From assembly GCA_032718475.1 (NCBI GenBank), contig JAUCBJ010006521.1, positions 1-49,028 of the forward strand: a stretch of 49,028 bases of DNA. The letters run 5' to 3'. This DNA comes from Nemertoderma westbladi. Taxonomy: Eukaryota; Animalia; Xenacoelomorpha. Both the position numbers and the translations under genes were made by a program. Shown here in pieces: positions 1-12,094 of the stretch; position 1 is the stretch's first letter, and every line of letters starts with the position of its first letter. Under the pieces are notes generated by a model that was given only the letters and a program-made list of their open reading frames with translations, searched no databases and was not told the DNA's origin.

Positions 1-386
1 ATACCACGCGCTCAGCTGCCCCCAGTGCAGTGCCCATTTCTTGCCATTCTCGCCTCAACTGAATTTATTTTTATTCTGTAATTGTGTATGCCAATGTATG
101 TTCCTTTTGAAACTTATAAGTTACATATAATAATCTGCTATACATATTATTTTATGTACCCGTAATACTTTATATGGGGATGCTGAACGAAAAAAAATAT
201 TAATGAAATAATCATACACGGATGCCGATATAGTATAATATAAATAATTATAATACAAAATAAGTATCCAGCAAAGTTTGTCATTCCCATATTTCTATAC
301 TACAGTACTAGAAAGCCTGTGTAAGATATTTATACATATTAGATATGCTTGCTACCTAACTGTACACTACTCAAGTAAAAACCAAC

Positions 387-772
387 CGAATTTCAACTCG
401 TTCGTCTTCTTTCCTGGGATCTAAACTAGTGTTACAAATATTTCCCGCCATTAGCGTTCCAGTTTCATCCGCAACTTGACGCGCCATCTTCAAAGCCTTT
501 CTGTTCATTTCCTCCAAACGATCTTCTAATCCGACCAGCTGCAGCTTGGTTCGATGAGCGTAGTACGTGAACGCGAGTACAACGTCGCTCCCACATCGCA
601 CGAAATCTCGGTACATGGTCCGAACGCGTTCTGGATCATCGAGGATGACCCGGGGAACAAACGGTCCTATTTGTAGCAACCCGAGTCGCTCAAAAGCGAA
701 TATATATCCCTCGGCGATAATAATTGTATCTCCATCCCGGATGCGATCTCTAAACGGCTTCACTGAACCCAT
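387..772 (-). CDS. BHMT: Betaine/homocysteine S-methyltransferase-like protein, probable first coding exon (gene continues beyond window start)
   Basis: Translation [12 protein letters not shown]...GPFVP...[19 protein letters not shown]...[12 protein letters not shown]...LMAGNICNT matches the N-terminal part of BHMT-like Hcy methyltransferases. Similarity ends at CG|GTTGGT (386), a plausible splice donor, and the ORF stops a few codons later. Confidence 0.8.
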
Positions 773-1518
773 TTCAAACAGTTAAATAATTGTAATTAGA
801 TAATCTCGGTGGTTACTAGGCCTACTGGCAAACCGAACCTTCTTATGAAAATCAGAAGAATTAAACTTTAGGTTAGTAGCAAAAAAATGTAATCATTATA
901 TTATGTTATATATATTATAATGTTTATGTTATTAATTGTATATTATTTTAATAATTGAGAGGGATACCTACCAATTAAATCAACTTCCAATATTTCGAAT
1001 CAAAGGCTATAACTGACCACATGGTGCCAAACATTTATATGTATTCGAATAATTCTATGACATTAATACAGTATGTCGGCATACAGACTGCTGTATGTAG
1101 GCAAAATTATATATAAAGTTTTCAAAAGAATATGCGAAACTGTAAAACAATATTAGCTTGATTGTACAGAATATCAGAAAAATAAATAAAGACATCATAT
1201 CTGAGAAATCATTTCAATATGATCGACCGATCTGGAACATGATCTATCACATCCGCACAGATCGCTGGGGGGGGGGGGGGGGGGGGGGGGTGTATAGCGG
1301 ATGTACTACTGGAACGGACTCAGTGTACTCGCTTTATCTCAAGCTGTTGTTAGTAAAGGGTCAATAACCTCATATAGTCGGCCATATACTGTATACGGTT
1401 TGGTTAATGGCATTCAATAATTTCTTCATTCGGTGGCCGAAAGAGTAAAAGTACATGAAATCTATAGTAGGTCTTCAGAAAGAAAAACGATTGAGTACCA
1501 GTACATAATCGTGTCAAT

Positions 1519-3761
1519 GAGTAATTGTTACAGAACCAAGAAGAGTAATTGTTACAGAACCAGTTCTGGTATAGTAATTGTTACAGAACCAAGTAGAGTA
1601 ATGGTTACAGATCCAAGTAGAGCAATGGTTACAGAACCAGTTCAAGTAGAGTGATGGTTACATAACCAAGTAGAGAAATGGTTACATAACCAATGCAAGT
1701 AAGGTAATGGTTACAGAACCAAGTGTAGTAATGGTTACAAAACCAAGTAGAGCAATGATTACAAAACCAGTTCGGGCAGAGTGATGGTTACAGAACCAAG
1801 TAGAGTAATGGTTACAGAACCAAGTAGAGCAATGGTTACATAACCAGTGCAAGTAGAGTAATGGTTACATAACCAAGTAGAGAAATGGTTACATAACCAA
1901 TGCAAGTAAGGTAATGGTTACAGAACCAAGTATAGTAATGGTTACAGAACCAAGTAGAGCAATGGTTACATAACCAGTGCAAGTAGAGTAATGGTTACAT
2001 AACCAAGTAGAGAAATGGTTACATAACCAATGCAAGTAAGGTAATGGTTACAGAACCAAGTAGAGCAATGGTTACAAAACCAGTTCGGGCAGAGTGATGG
2101 TTACATAACCAAGTAGAGTAATGGTTACAGAACCAAGAAGAGCAATGGTTACAGAACCAGTTCGGCCAGAGTGATGGATACAGAACCAAGTAGAGTAATG
2201 GTTACAGAACCAAGTAGAGTAATGGTTACAGAACGAGTTCTGGTAGAGTAATTGTTACAGAACCAATTAGAGTAATGGTTACAGAACCAATACAAGAAGT
2301 GTAATGGTTACAGAACCAAGTAGAGCAATGGTTACAGAACCAGTTCAGGTAGAGTTATGGTTACAGAACCAAGTAGAGTAATGGTTACAGATCCAGTTCC
2401 TGTAGAGTAATTGTTACAGAACCAAGAAGAGTAATGGTTACCGAACAAGTTGTGGTATAGTAATTGTTACAGAACCAAGTAGAGTTATGGTTACAGAACC
2501 AAGTAGAGTAATGGTTACAGATCCAGTTCCTGTAGAGTAATTGTTACAGAACCAAGAAGAGTAATGGTTACCGAACAAGTTGTGGTATAGTAATTGTTAC
2601 AGAACCAAGTAGAGTTATGGTTACAGAACCAAGTAGAGTAATGGTTACAGATCCAGTTCCTGTAGAGTAATTGTTACAGAACCAAGAAGAGTAATGGTTA
2701 CCGAACAAGTTGTGGTATAGTAATTGTTACAGAACCAAGTAGAGCAATGGTTACAAAACCAGTTCGGGCAGAGTGATGGTTACATAACCAAGTAGAGTAA
2801 TGGTTACAGAACCAAGAAGAGCAATGGTTACAGAACCAGTTCGGCCAGAGTGATGGATACAGAACCAAGTATAGTAATGGTTACAGATCCAAGTAGAGCA
2901 ATGGTTACAGAACCAGTTCAAGTTGAGTGATGGTTACATAACCAAGTAGAGAAATGGTTACATAACCAATGCAAGTAAGGTAATGGTTACAGAACCAAGT
3001 ATAGTAATGGTTACAAAACCAAGTAGAGCAATGGTTACAAAACCAGTTCGGGCAGAGTGATGGTTACATAACCAAGTAGAGAAATGGTTACAGAACCAAG
3101 TAGAGCAATGGTTACATAACCAGTGCAAGTAGAGTAATGGTTACAGAACCAAGTAGAGTAATGGTTACAAAACCAGTTCTGGTAGAGTAATTGTTACAGA
3201 ACCAAGTAGAGTAATGGTTACAGAACCAAGTAGAGTAATGGTTACAGAACCAAGTAGAGTAATGGTTACAGAACCAAGTAGAGTAATGGTTACAGATCCA
3301 AGTAGAGCAATGGTTACAGAACCAGTTCAAGTAGAGTGATGGTTACAGAACCAAGTATAGTAATGGTTACAAAACCAAGTAGAGCAATGGTTACAAAACC
3401 AGTTCGGGCAGAGTGATGGTTACATAACCAAGTAGAGTAATGGTTACAGAACCAAGTAGAGCAATGGTTACATAACCAGTGCAAGTAGAGTAATGGTTAC
3501 AGAACCAAGTAGAGTAATGGTTACAAAACCAGTTCTGGTAGAGTAATTGTTACAGAACCAAGTAGAGTAATGGTTACAGAACCAAGTAGAGTAATGGTTA
3601 CAGAACCAAGTAGAGTAATGGTTACAGAACCAAGTAGAGTAATGGTTACAGAATCAGTTCAGGTAGAGTAATGGTTACAGAACCAAGTAGAGTAATGGTT
3701 ACAGAACAAACTAGAGGAATGGTTACAGAATCAATGTAAGTACAGTATTGGTTACAGAACC
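1519..3761. repeat. Tandem satellite of mixed 24-bp (ACAGAACCAAGTAGAGTAATGGTT) and 29-bp units
   Basis: Directly visible array; ATCCAGTTCC recurs at 2391, 2521 and 2651, giving a 130-bp higher-order unit. Confidence 0.97.
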
Positions 3762-4168
3762 GGTGGTAATTAAGGCCACCTAATTATCTGCACTCGGTTA
3801 TTTATTAATTAATTATTTTATTTAGAAAAATAAACAGGTTCTGTTCATTAAAACGACGTGAGCGTATGGTGTTTACGTTTAGCAGACAGCTGGAGTATTC
3901 CCGTACAGAAAAATAAAGGTTGATTCAACAAAAAACATTACATTTACATAACCAAATAAGGTCATTTATTATCGAATACAAAACATATTTCCCGATGACA
4001 ACCAAAAACAAAATTTATCTAAATGCGAATAACAAACAACATCACCGATGTGAATGTAAAATGTGTGATTAACAAGGTAAAAGTAACCTAATTCCATATC
4101 TTCAATAAATAACAATAATACATCAAAAATAGTATAATATAAATTTGTTTTACAGTCATGGAGAGATT

Positions 4169-4265
4169 GATAACAACATCATTCATCAGATTAATGAGAT
4201 AACAACATCATTCATCAGATTAATGAGATAACAACATCATTCACCAAATTAATGAGATAACAACA
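4169..4265. repeat. 29-bp tandem repeat, about 3 copies
   Basis: GATAACAACATCATTCATCAGATTAATGA starts at 4169, 4198 and 4227. Confidence 0.9.
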
Positions 4266-4289
4266 GCCTCAATATTTTTTTCAGAAACT

Positions 4290-4500
4290 TTTTGTCACTA
4301 AAATATATTTTTTATCACTAAAATGTATTTTATCACCAAAAATGAAACTGTAACCTGTTCTATTGAATCTCATTTATTATTTTGCTTAGAATAATGTGCC
4401 ACTGTTACTGTGACCTGCTCCTTTCCCTAACTCAGTAAAAATTAATATATTTTTAGTGATAATTAATGCATTGAGTGGAAAGTAATATTTTAGTGATTTT
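4290..4500. mobile_element. Degenerate MITE with modular inverted sub-repeats around a shared core
   Basis: TCACTAAAA-type repeats on the left and TTTTAGTGAT on the right flank ACTGTAACCTGTTC / ACTGTGACCTGCTCCTTTCC, which resemble the core at 8221-8292. Confidence 0.45.
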
Positions 4501-4819
4501 CATGTTAAATTTACTGTAGTGTCATATAGCTGGTCATATAATTAGCATATATGTTGTTGGTTGATAAATTATGGGATGGCCAATAAATACATTCCATAAA
4601 ACCAAACGTGGATGGTAAACTGAGATCAGTTCAACTTAATTGGAACAATATAATATTTTTATAGCATAAAAGATAAATATAGGTTACAATTTGAGAATAT
4701 AATAATATTAATACTGATAATACTTCACATTATAACAAGAGGCAATTCACAGATAATAATCATAAATAAATGCGAAGAATATATACAGACAGACATTGGG
4801 AGCACAAATAATAAAGGGT

Positions 4820-5956
4820 TTACGTGTCATCGTTATTCAGCATCTCATTGAGTTCATCTTCCCACCCCAGGGTGTCCTCGACCCCGCCTTCGTCTACGAC
4901 CTCGAACTCCTGCAGTTCCTTCTGCAACTCAGTTTCCCAATCCTCGGCGGCCATCCCGAGCTGTTTCCGCTCCTCCTCCACCGAATCTACCGCCGGGGTG
5001 TCGTACAGGTCGCTAGCGAACTCTGTAGGCGAGGCCGGACGTGGTGGAGATCCCATCGCGGAATCCCGACCATCTACTGATCGGTTTATATCCTCCGATA
5101 GCTGTTTTTCCCCGGCGATTACGGATTTCATTATTTCACCTTTCTTTATTTCCCCGGTTATTTGCTTTATTTCACCGGACGAGCTGTTTCTATCCCCTTC
5201 CGGGTTTATTTCCCCGGTATCTCCAGTCTCGGACGCCAGAGTGGTCAGCTGCGAGGATTGCTTGACCAACGAGACTCTGTAGAAATAATTGCACCAAAAC
5301 TGTTCCTCTGAGATCCGTTGTGGGACCAACTTGAAGCGAAGTTGGCTGAGTCGAGGATCCTCGGAGAGCATCACCGTGGCAACAGGGTAAACAGAAGATA
5401 AATTAAAATGGAATTCTGAAGCGGGCGGGGGGCTTCGCAGAAGATTTCTTTCGTCTTTTGTGAGACTGAGTATTTGGGATCGCATAGAATCCTCCTCTTG
5501 GTACCCGACCCACGGCGCTATCGCAGTCTCCGTGTGTCGTTGCGGCCCCCGAGACTCTACGAACTTGCTTTGCTCCTGCGAGAAATCTCCCAGGATTGTG
5601 TTGTCGTGAAGGGCCGCTTTAAACACTTTGGTTGTGCTGGATAGACCCTTCTTGGCGTGCGAGGCGACCCCTGATAGGTAACTACCCCAAACTCCAGGCG
5701 AACCCAACTCTCCGATAATACCGGTAGTCGCTGCCGTTGGTTTCGATTCCTCGTCTATCGCTTCATTCTGTCCGGGTTCGCTCGGTTTAGATGGACACTC
5801 AACGGTTGCGGTGTCTTCAATTTTCCCGCTTTCGTTCGACGCGAGATCGCTGGTACCGGTACAGGTAGCGCGTTTATTTACGTTCCCGGTACTGGTACTG
5901 TTAGGCCTACCGGTACTACCCACCAGCCAACTTCCTAGTTGTGAAAACGTTTCCAT
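4820..5956 (-). CDS. SYAP1: Synapse-associated protein 1 / Sap47 (BSD domain), single-exon CDS
   Basis: 378-aa ORF with BSD motif DPRLSQLRFKLVPQRISEEQFWCNYFYRVSLVKQS, upstream APWVGY...ILSLTKDERNLLRSPP, and C-terminal DWETELQKELQEFEVV...WEDELNEML. Confidence 0.92.
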   Translation of the reverse strand: METFSQLGSWLVGSTGRPNSTSTGNVNKRATCTGTSDLASNESGKIEDTATVECPSKPSEPGQNEAIDEESKPTAATTGIIGELGSPGVWGSYLSGVASHAKKGLSSTTKVFKAALHDNTILGDFSQEQSKFVESRGPQRHTETAIAPWVGYQEEDSMRSQILSLTKDERNLLRSPPPASEFHFNLSSVYPVATVMLSEDPRLSQLRFKLVPQRISEEQFWCNYFYRVSLVKQSSQLTTLASETGDTGEINPEGDRNSSSGEIKQITGEIKKGEIMKSVIAGEKQLSEDINRSVDGRDSAMGSPPRPASPTEFASDLYDTPAVDSVEEERKQLGMAAEDWETELQKELQEFEVVDEGGVEDTLGWEDELNEMLNNDDT

Positions 5957-6580
5957 AAACCAGTAAACAGGTGCCCGGTAAACATATAAACAAATAAAGT
6001 ATTAATGAATATTGCAAAATTATATGGCCAGCTGTACAGCTGGTATAGCTGGTATAGGCTTTTCTCTGTTCAGCTGTTTCTCGTCTGTCAGGTGTCTTGT
6101 CTGCTAGTCATTCGGTGCTGCTATCCGGTTGTTGCCTCCCTACTGCCCTACATCACTGGTACTTCTGGTGTGAAAGAAACTTGCTGTCAAGTGTCAAGTC
6201 AATTTTAGCTAACTCGTGCGAACGACTTATGCCTACTTTTTGGTCGTACAAACGACTGGTACTACTTACTGTGTTGGTACTACTGTACTTACAAACTTAC
6301 CTATATATTGTATGTAAACCCACACACTCCTTCAAATTCCTCAACTCCAATTATACATTACGACCAAGGTATACTAAATAACAGGTTATTTAGTATACCT
6401 TGATTACGACCCTTGCAACACGAGTGTGGGACTTCGCACAGCTCAAGTCTATGAGCCTCTTTGCGTAGCAGTAAAAATAGTGGACCTATAGCGGTTGATA
6501 GAGATCGCGGTTATCATGAGGGTTTTTGTTCTAGAACAACTATTTGACCTTCTGTCAGTAAGATGGTACTACCATCTACC

Positions 6581-6661
6581 AAAGTACTAGCTAACACAAA
6601 AACAAAATTACTAGCTACCATTGGTAGCTAGTAATTTTGTGTTTGTGTTAGCCAGTACTTT
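6581..6661. repeat. Near-perfect ~80-bp palindrome, probably part of an old MITE
   Basis: AAAGTACTAGCTAACACAAAAACAAAATTACTAGCTACCA-T-TGGTAGCTAGTAATTTTGTGTTTGTGTTAGCCAGTACTTT; CTAGCTACCA sub-repeats recur through ~7100-8035. Confidence 0.8.
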
Positions 6662-7147
6662 TTATAAGATATAAAAAATAAAACCTATTTAGAACATCAA
6701 ACACAACTATGTGTTTGTGTGTTATAAGTTCTAGATTCAAAATGCTGTAGTTATTTACTGTATCAAAATTGATAGCTAACAAGTGTTCTATAACATTTAT
6801 AAAAAAAATTAGCAACAACTATCTACTGTCTGTAAAAAATCTGGTCAATGGGTAGGGTACCCAAAGGTGTACTTTACTAATGCCGTACAGTATGTTTGGT
6901 TAATTGATCGAAAACGTAATACCTGTAAATCACAAGATATAACTTTGCTATAGGCCTATACTGTAGGTATCATCACTACACCTTACATGCATGCACACAA
7001 AATCTGGATTTTTTAACGTGTATTTTTTATGCGGCTTTTTGGTTTTAATTATTGTTCTAGAACATAGTTGGACCTTCCCACAATATTATGGTAGCTATTA
7101 AATATTTTAATGGTAGCTAGTGATTTATGAAAATATTGCAAATAATA

Positions 7148-7542
7148 CACCATGTCCCGTAATATAGTGTCATTTTCTGATGACACGGACATTCAGATAT
7201 TCAGATTCAGATACGATTCAGTATGATTCAGATATTGTTACATATTTGGAATCCTTGCAACGCAAGCTTTTTAATGATATAAAAATATAATATAAATTAC
7301 CACTAATGTGAAGAATGGCAATGATACAGAGGGTGCGATTTTGCAAAAGACACTTTTTTAAAACTCTTATAAAAAATTTAAAGGCAAAATCGAAAATTCC
7401 GGCTTCATGGGGTCATCGACGGTGAGTGGAACTACTGTAGTTATGTTTCAAATTTCAAGCATTATGATAAAGATTTGTAGAAAAATCTGGGGGGGGTCCG
7501 TGTCATCAGAAAATGACACTACATATATTACGGGACATGGTG
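7148..7542. mobile_element. Tc1/mariner-like MITE (TA flanks)
   Basis: TIR CACCATGTCCCGTAATATAGTGTCATTTTCTGATGACACGGAC is mirrored at the right end, with TA on both sides. The interior matches ~17000-17308. Confidence 0.88.
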
Positions 7543-8166
7543 TAATTGAGTACTTTTCTTGTAGTGAATTATACAGTAAATCACAGGTTTTTATGCTGCC
7601 ATAACTTATAATGTTTCACATAAAAATTAAATTTTTTTGTATTTTCTAAAAACACTACCTAGTAAAAAAAACACAAGCTACCATAAAAAAATGTATCTAC
7701 TATGGTACTAGAACATTCACCATTATCAAAACACCAGTCAAAAAAGGCAAAAAAATCTCAAAAAACTGTGTGCTATAGTAGAAAAGTACCAATAATTGTA
7801 AAATCAAATATTTGGTATTTTTATTTTCTGTAAACCAGCAAAAATATGAATGTGTTGTGTTTTTTTATCGTTATTTCTAATTAACAGTTCTAGAACATAT
7901 TTTAGCAAACTTATTTGTAGCTAGTACTAATTAATTTAGAAATAATAAAAGTACCAAATATTTGATTTTATAATTTATTATTGTTTGCGAAATTTTCATA
8001 AAACACTAGCTACCAAAAAAAATCACTAGCTACCATAAAAACATATCTACCACTATGGTAAAGAAAAAAAAGTCTTAATTAGACATTAATAAACCATTTA
8101 AAACACGCATTTAAAAAATACTGATTTGATGTACATATGCGGTAGTGATACCGGCCTATAATTTGT

Positions 8167-8360
8167 GGGTGTAAACACTATGCCGACAACCGACATCCAC
8201 TGCCGACAACAGCAAATGTGATCGTTTATTGTTTTGGTTAGAATAACCTTCTACTGTAACCTGTTCCTTTCCTTCAATTAATAAATAACATTAATTAGCT
8301 TTAATAGTGGTTGTCGGCGTTGGTTGTCGGTAGTCGGTTGTCGGCGTAGCGTTTACACCC
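8167..8360. mobile_element. MULE-type MITE with 9-bp TSD
   Basis: TIR GGGTGTAAAC...GCCGACAACCGAC / GTCGGTTGTCGGC...GTTTACACCC; exact TSD ATAATTTGT at 8158-8166 and 8361-8369. Confidence 0.9.
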
Positions 8361-8660
8361 ATAATTTGTGACATTTTTCAAAATAAGTTTCAAGAAAAAA
8401 TATATCATTAATCTACTGTAGAACATGTTATTTTAGTTTGTTTAAAAAACTAAATAACTAAGCTTTTTGAACAAAAATAATTAGAAAAGGTATCCTTTAC
8501 ACAGTACTGTGTAGGGGGTGGGGTGTAGGCCTACCTAATATAACACGGTATCAGTACCATATTTGCGTGGCTGACAAACTCGAGGATGTGGAATTAAATT
8601 AGCTTATTTTTCTTTAAGGATTTTAAAACGTATACAATATCGAGATAATTGTCACTCGAA

Positions 8661-10175
8661 ATGTCGTCAGAAAACGACACTCCACACGCGAAATCCGGTG
8701 TCCTTAACAAACACTTCTGCTTCTTTTGTGACAAAATTTTACAAAAACCTTGTCAAGTTATATGTGGACACATATTTTGCGAAGCATGTCTCAAAAACTA
8801 CTTCGACACTTGTAGGGACAGGTTCTTGCTTTGTCCCCTTTGTCATGTGGAGATTCAAAGAGGAATATCGTTTCGCGATATAAGCACTGAAAAGGATATT
8901 CAAACCCTTCGTTTACAATGCAAAAACACTGACAAAGGTTGTAAGTTCACTGGGAATATCAATCAAGTTTCTGAGCATTTTAACAACCAGTGCGAACATG
9001 GGTGTATAGAATGCCCTATAGGGTGTGGGGTCACGATTGTAAGGAAGGAACTGGTGGCTCATAAAAGGTTGTGTAAATATCGACCGGATAGATGCATCTA
9101 TTGTAAAAATATGGTCAGACTGTTTGAGATATCACAGCATCATGAAATCTGCCCTCAGTATCCTATGGATTGCCCGAATAGCTGTGGTTTAGTGGGAATA
9201 TCCAGGAATCACTTGAGTGGTCATCTTAACGCGTGTCCGTTAACTACGACACCGTGCGAATATATCGTTGTAGGTTGTAAATTTAAAGGGACATCATCGG
9301 ATATGCTTAATCACATGCTGGAGAAGGTTGTGGAACACCAAGCTATGATGACCAGCAAGTTTTCTTCTATGTCAACTACTTTGGAAGAAGTATCCACCAG
9401 TCACGCAAATCTTGAAACTAAAGTTGGTCATTTGATGAGGTCACTTGCTTCCTTGATTAATGATTTCAGAGGAAATTGTTCAACTTGTGCTACAAATTTA
9501 GACAGCCATGTTAAACTTGATGAGTTTGCGCTAGTGAAGAGAGACCTTCATCTTTTAAGGTCAACTGAAGGATATGAAGCTGCATGTTCTCAACAACATC
9601 TTGAAAATGATGACAAGAAAGACGAGCAGTTGACAAATATTGAGTGTAAATTATCTGAGCAAGGTGCTCAGATAAAATTATTTGAAGAGCGTGCTACTAA
9701 AGGAGTCCTTTTAATGAAAATAGCCGATTTTCAAAGGAAGATTTTGCCTGAAGCTAAAGAAGGAAAGGTATTGAGTATAGATTCGGAACCCTTCTATACG
9801 TCTATGTATGGATACAAAATGTGTGTTAAGTTCTACCCCAATGGGTATGGTATTGGTAAAGGTAAAGGTTTTCTTTCTGTCTATATCGTTTTAATGAAAG
9901 GTGAATATGATAACATATTACAGTGGCCATTTAAACAAAAGATTAGTGTAACTTTAATTGATCAAGGCAAGAGAGGAAGACATATCCTGGAAACGTTCAC
10001 TCCCGATGGTCATGGCTTGAGTTTTCAGAAACCGCAAAATGATCTGAATGTCGCTTGTGGATTCCCTAAGTTCGCTCCTCACAAAATATTATTACAGAAA
10101 GGCAATGAGTATTTGAAAGATGATAAAATTGTCCTTCAAGTTGCAGTTACTGAAACCAAAGACAGATTAGATTGA
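8661..10175 (+). CDS. TNF receptor-associated factor (RING, TRAF zinc fingers, coiled coil, MATH), single-exon CDS
   Basis: RING CFFC...CGHIFCEAC...CPLC, TRAF-type Zn fingers, and MATH motifs SEPFYTSMYGYKMC and LSVYIVLMKGEYDNILQWPFKQK. First ATG is at 8661 (the track uses an upstream TTG). Paralog identity not assignable by eye. Confidence 0.93.
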   Translation: MSSENDTPHAKSGVLNKHFCFFCDKILQKPCQVICGHIFCEACLKNYFDTCRDRFLLCPLCHVEIQRGISFRDISTEKDIQTLRLQCKNTDKGCKFTGNINQVSEHFNNQCEHGCIECPIGCGVTIVRKELVAHKRLCKYRPDRCIYCKNMVRLFEISQHHEICPQYPMDCPNSCGLVGISRNHLSGHLNACPLTTTPCEYIVVGCKFKGTSSDMLNHMLEKVVEHQAMMTSKFSSMSTTLEEVSTSHANLETKVGHLMRSLASLINDFRGNCSTCATNLDSHVKLDEFALVKRDLHLLRSTEGYEAACSQQHLENDDKKDEQLTNIECKLSEQGAQIKLFEERATKGVLLMKIADFQRKILPEAKEGKVLSIDSEPFYTSMYGYKMCVKFYPNGYGIGKGKGFLSVYIVLMKGEYDNILQWPFKQKISVTLIDQGKRGRHILETFTPDGHGLSFQKPQNDLNVACGFPKFAPHKILLQKGNEYLKDDKIVLQVAVTETKDRLD

Positions 10176-10371
10176 TTATTTTATTGTAACTGGATGTACA
10201 GTATTATTGATCATTCTATAATGGAGAGTAAATTTTTATAAGTTGATGAATTATAATCTGTAATAAATACTAGTTTGTTCAATGCAATTTTTTCATTCAT
10301 TTACAGTATACACAGTATGAATACATATACAAATTTAATAAATGAGAAAGAAACAGTGTATCTTTACCATT

Positions 10372-10548
10372 TATCTATCTATAATCGGTATGCTGCATTT
10401 GCAGCTGCGTTAAGAATGCTATACCTGCTTAAAACAAACTTGCGCTCATAAAACGACCTATCAGTGCTATCATCCATGACTCTCGTGAGATTATCCGCAT
10501 CTTCAAGGCCAGTGTCCTATACGAGACGTCTCAAGAAATTCATGGGCT
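10372..10548 (-). mobile_element. 3' fragment of the RTE-like LINE family
   Basis: Reverse complement resembles ~26610-26770 (AGCCCATGA...CTTGAGACG...AGGACACTGGCCTT...GCATTCTTAA...GCAGCTGC). Confidence 0.8.
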
Positions 10549-10549
10549 A

Positions 10550-10752
10550 TAAATTACTTTCCGGTTTTCCGGTTTGAATTTCCCGGTTCCTGGTAGGGCG
10601 AAATTTGGACAGGCCATTCATTGGTTACTTTAGTAATTACATTCAAATAAAGGTATAATTGGCTGTTTTCCCAATACCATAACAAATTAATGGCCTGTAC
10701 AAATCTCGCCCTACAAAGGTACCGGGAAATTCATACTTCCAGAAATTAATTT
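10550..10752. repeat. Inverted-repeat element (MITE-like), followed by GGTCGACC sub-repeats to ~10810
   Basis: TGAATTTCCCGGT..GTAGGGCGAAATTTGGACAGGCCATT is mirrored by AATGGCCTGTACAAATCTCGCCCTAC..ACCGGGAAATTCA. Confidence 0.7.
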
Positions 10753-12094
10753 ATGGTCGACCAAAAATTAATAATTTATGGTCGACCTTAAGTTAATTTT
10801 TGGTCGACCATGATGAACTTATGAAAAAAAATTGAAAAAAAAAATTTATTATTTGGCAAAGATCAGCCTCCGTATAGTACAGATCCTTTCCTCCAAAAAG
10901 TTTACATATTTGCATTCGTGTCGCATACTAAAGTTATCGGCGCAAATGAGCGCAAATGTTCACCCCGTTGAACATTTGCGATAGGGCCTACCGCAATTGT
11001 GTACCACAAATATTACATACCAAAAATATTTGCCTTTGTACTTTATTGAATTATCGCTTCAGTAGGCCTATATGTATTTGCACAAAAGCGGGATTTTTAA
11101 ATATGTGCAGTGTTTTGCGTTACTGTACCGGTACTCCGTCAATACAATACTGCCTGACGACGACGGCCTCCTGTAAAGAGTCCGAAATATAACAAAAACG
11201 AGCTGTTTTTTCTATTTTCTCCTCATCTGCCCATCCATTGTTCGTTTTAATCACTTATATAACATTATTGTCATAATATTTTTATCAGTGCTGCGCTGCT
11301 TGAATTAAGATGTTTTAAACTGTTAAATAATCCTGTTTTAAACTAACACCCCCTGAAGTGAATTTCAAATCAATTTATTGTGGCGGTAATTTTAAAATAG
11401 TAATCGAACAGTCAGCTACAATAATTATTATTATTATTTCCGTGTCCGTGTTTGAGTGTGGAGCACTGGGTGGAGGTAGGCAGGTACAGAGGTAGGCGTA
11501 GGGGCTTGGGCTTACCGCTACCGGTACCAGTGCCTGTACACCCGTACTGTGTACTAGTGCACATCAGTACAAATAAATATATTACTGCAGTACTCTGGAA
11601 CGTGTTAATGTTATTTACAGATTTATAAATAGATAAAATATGAATAAGTAAATAGTTATTTATGCTGGCTGGATTCCAGATTCTGCCTTATGCTATTTAA
11701 GTGGAATTCCCCGTACCGCCCTGCAGCCGTAGCATGTCATGGAATATTGAAATTGAAATGGGCATTATCATTAAAATTTGGGGACGTTAATATTAGGCCC
11801 TAGTGCTAGTAGGCTATCATTAGAATAGAACCGCGTTGTAATTCTACAAAATCAAGTGCTTGTACAATAAACTCAAACTGATAAACAGATAAATTGGGTG
11901 CTCGTATGGAATAGTTATTATAAATAATATAATTTGCAATACTATTACCGGTAATACAGTAATTGTGAATAGTAAGAATAATAACGGACAGCTGGCTGTC
12001 TTTGTTTTAGCTTAGTTCAGTAGTTAAGTACAATTACCGTACTCTTCCATACTTGCAGGTTGCAGCTCAAAAGTAATCCAGAACTAGTTTCATT

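Noticed and set aside
1-62. Possible second BHMT exon after AAATTCAG (minus strand)
   Set aside because: The phase required by the 386 donor gives an immediate stop, and other frames do not resemble BHMT.
1519-3761. CRISPR-like appearance of the short-repeat array, and ORFs 1433-1654 and 3112-3330
   Set aside because: No unique spacers, no cas genes and a eukaryotic context; the ORFs are translations of the satellite.
4796-5282. Antisense or overlapping ORFs on SYAP1, and similar ones on POLE2, IWS1, TMEM50 and TTLL7
   Set aside because: Shadow ORFs expected from GC-rich coding sequence; no recognisable domains.
6965-8152. Larger old inverted-repeat element enclosing the 7148 MITE
   Set aside because: Arms are suggestive (GGTATC..CACTAC / GTAGTGATACC) but too degenerate to fix boundaries or a TSD.
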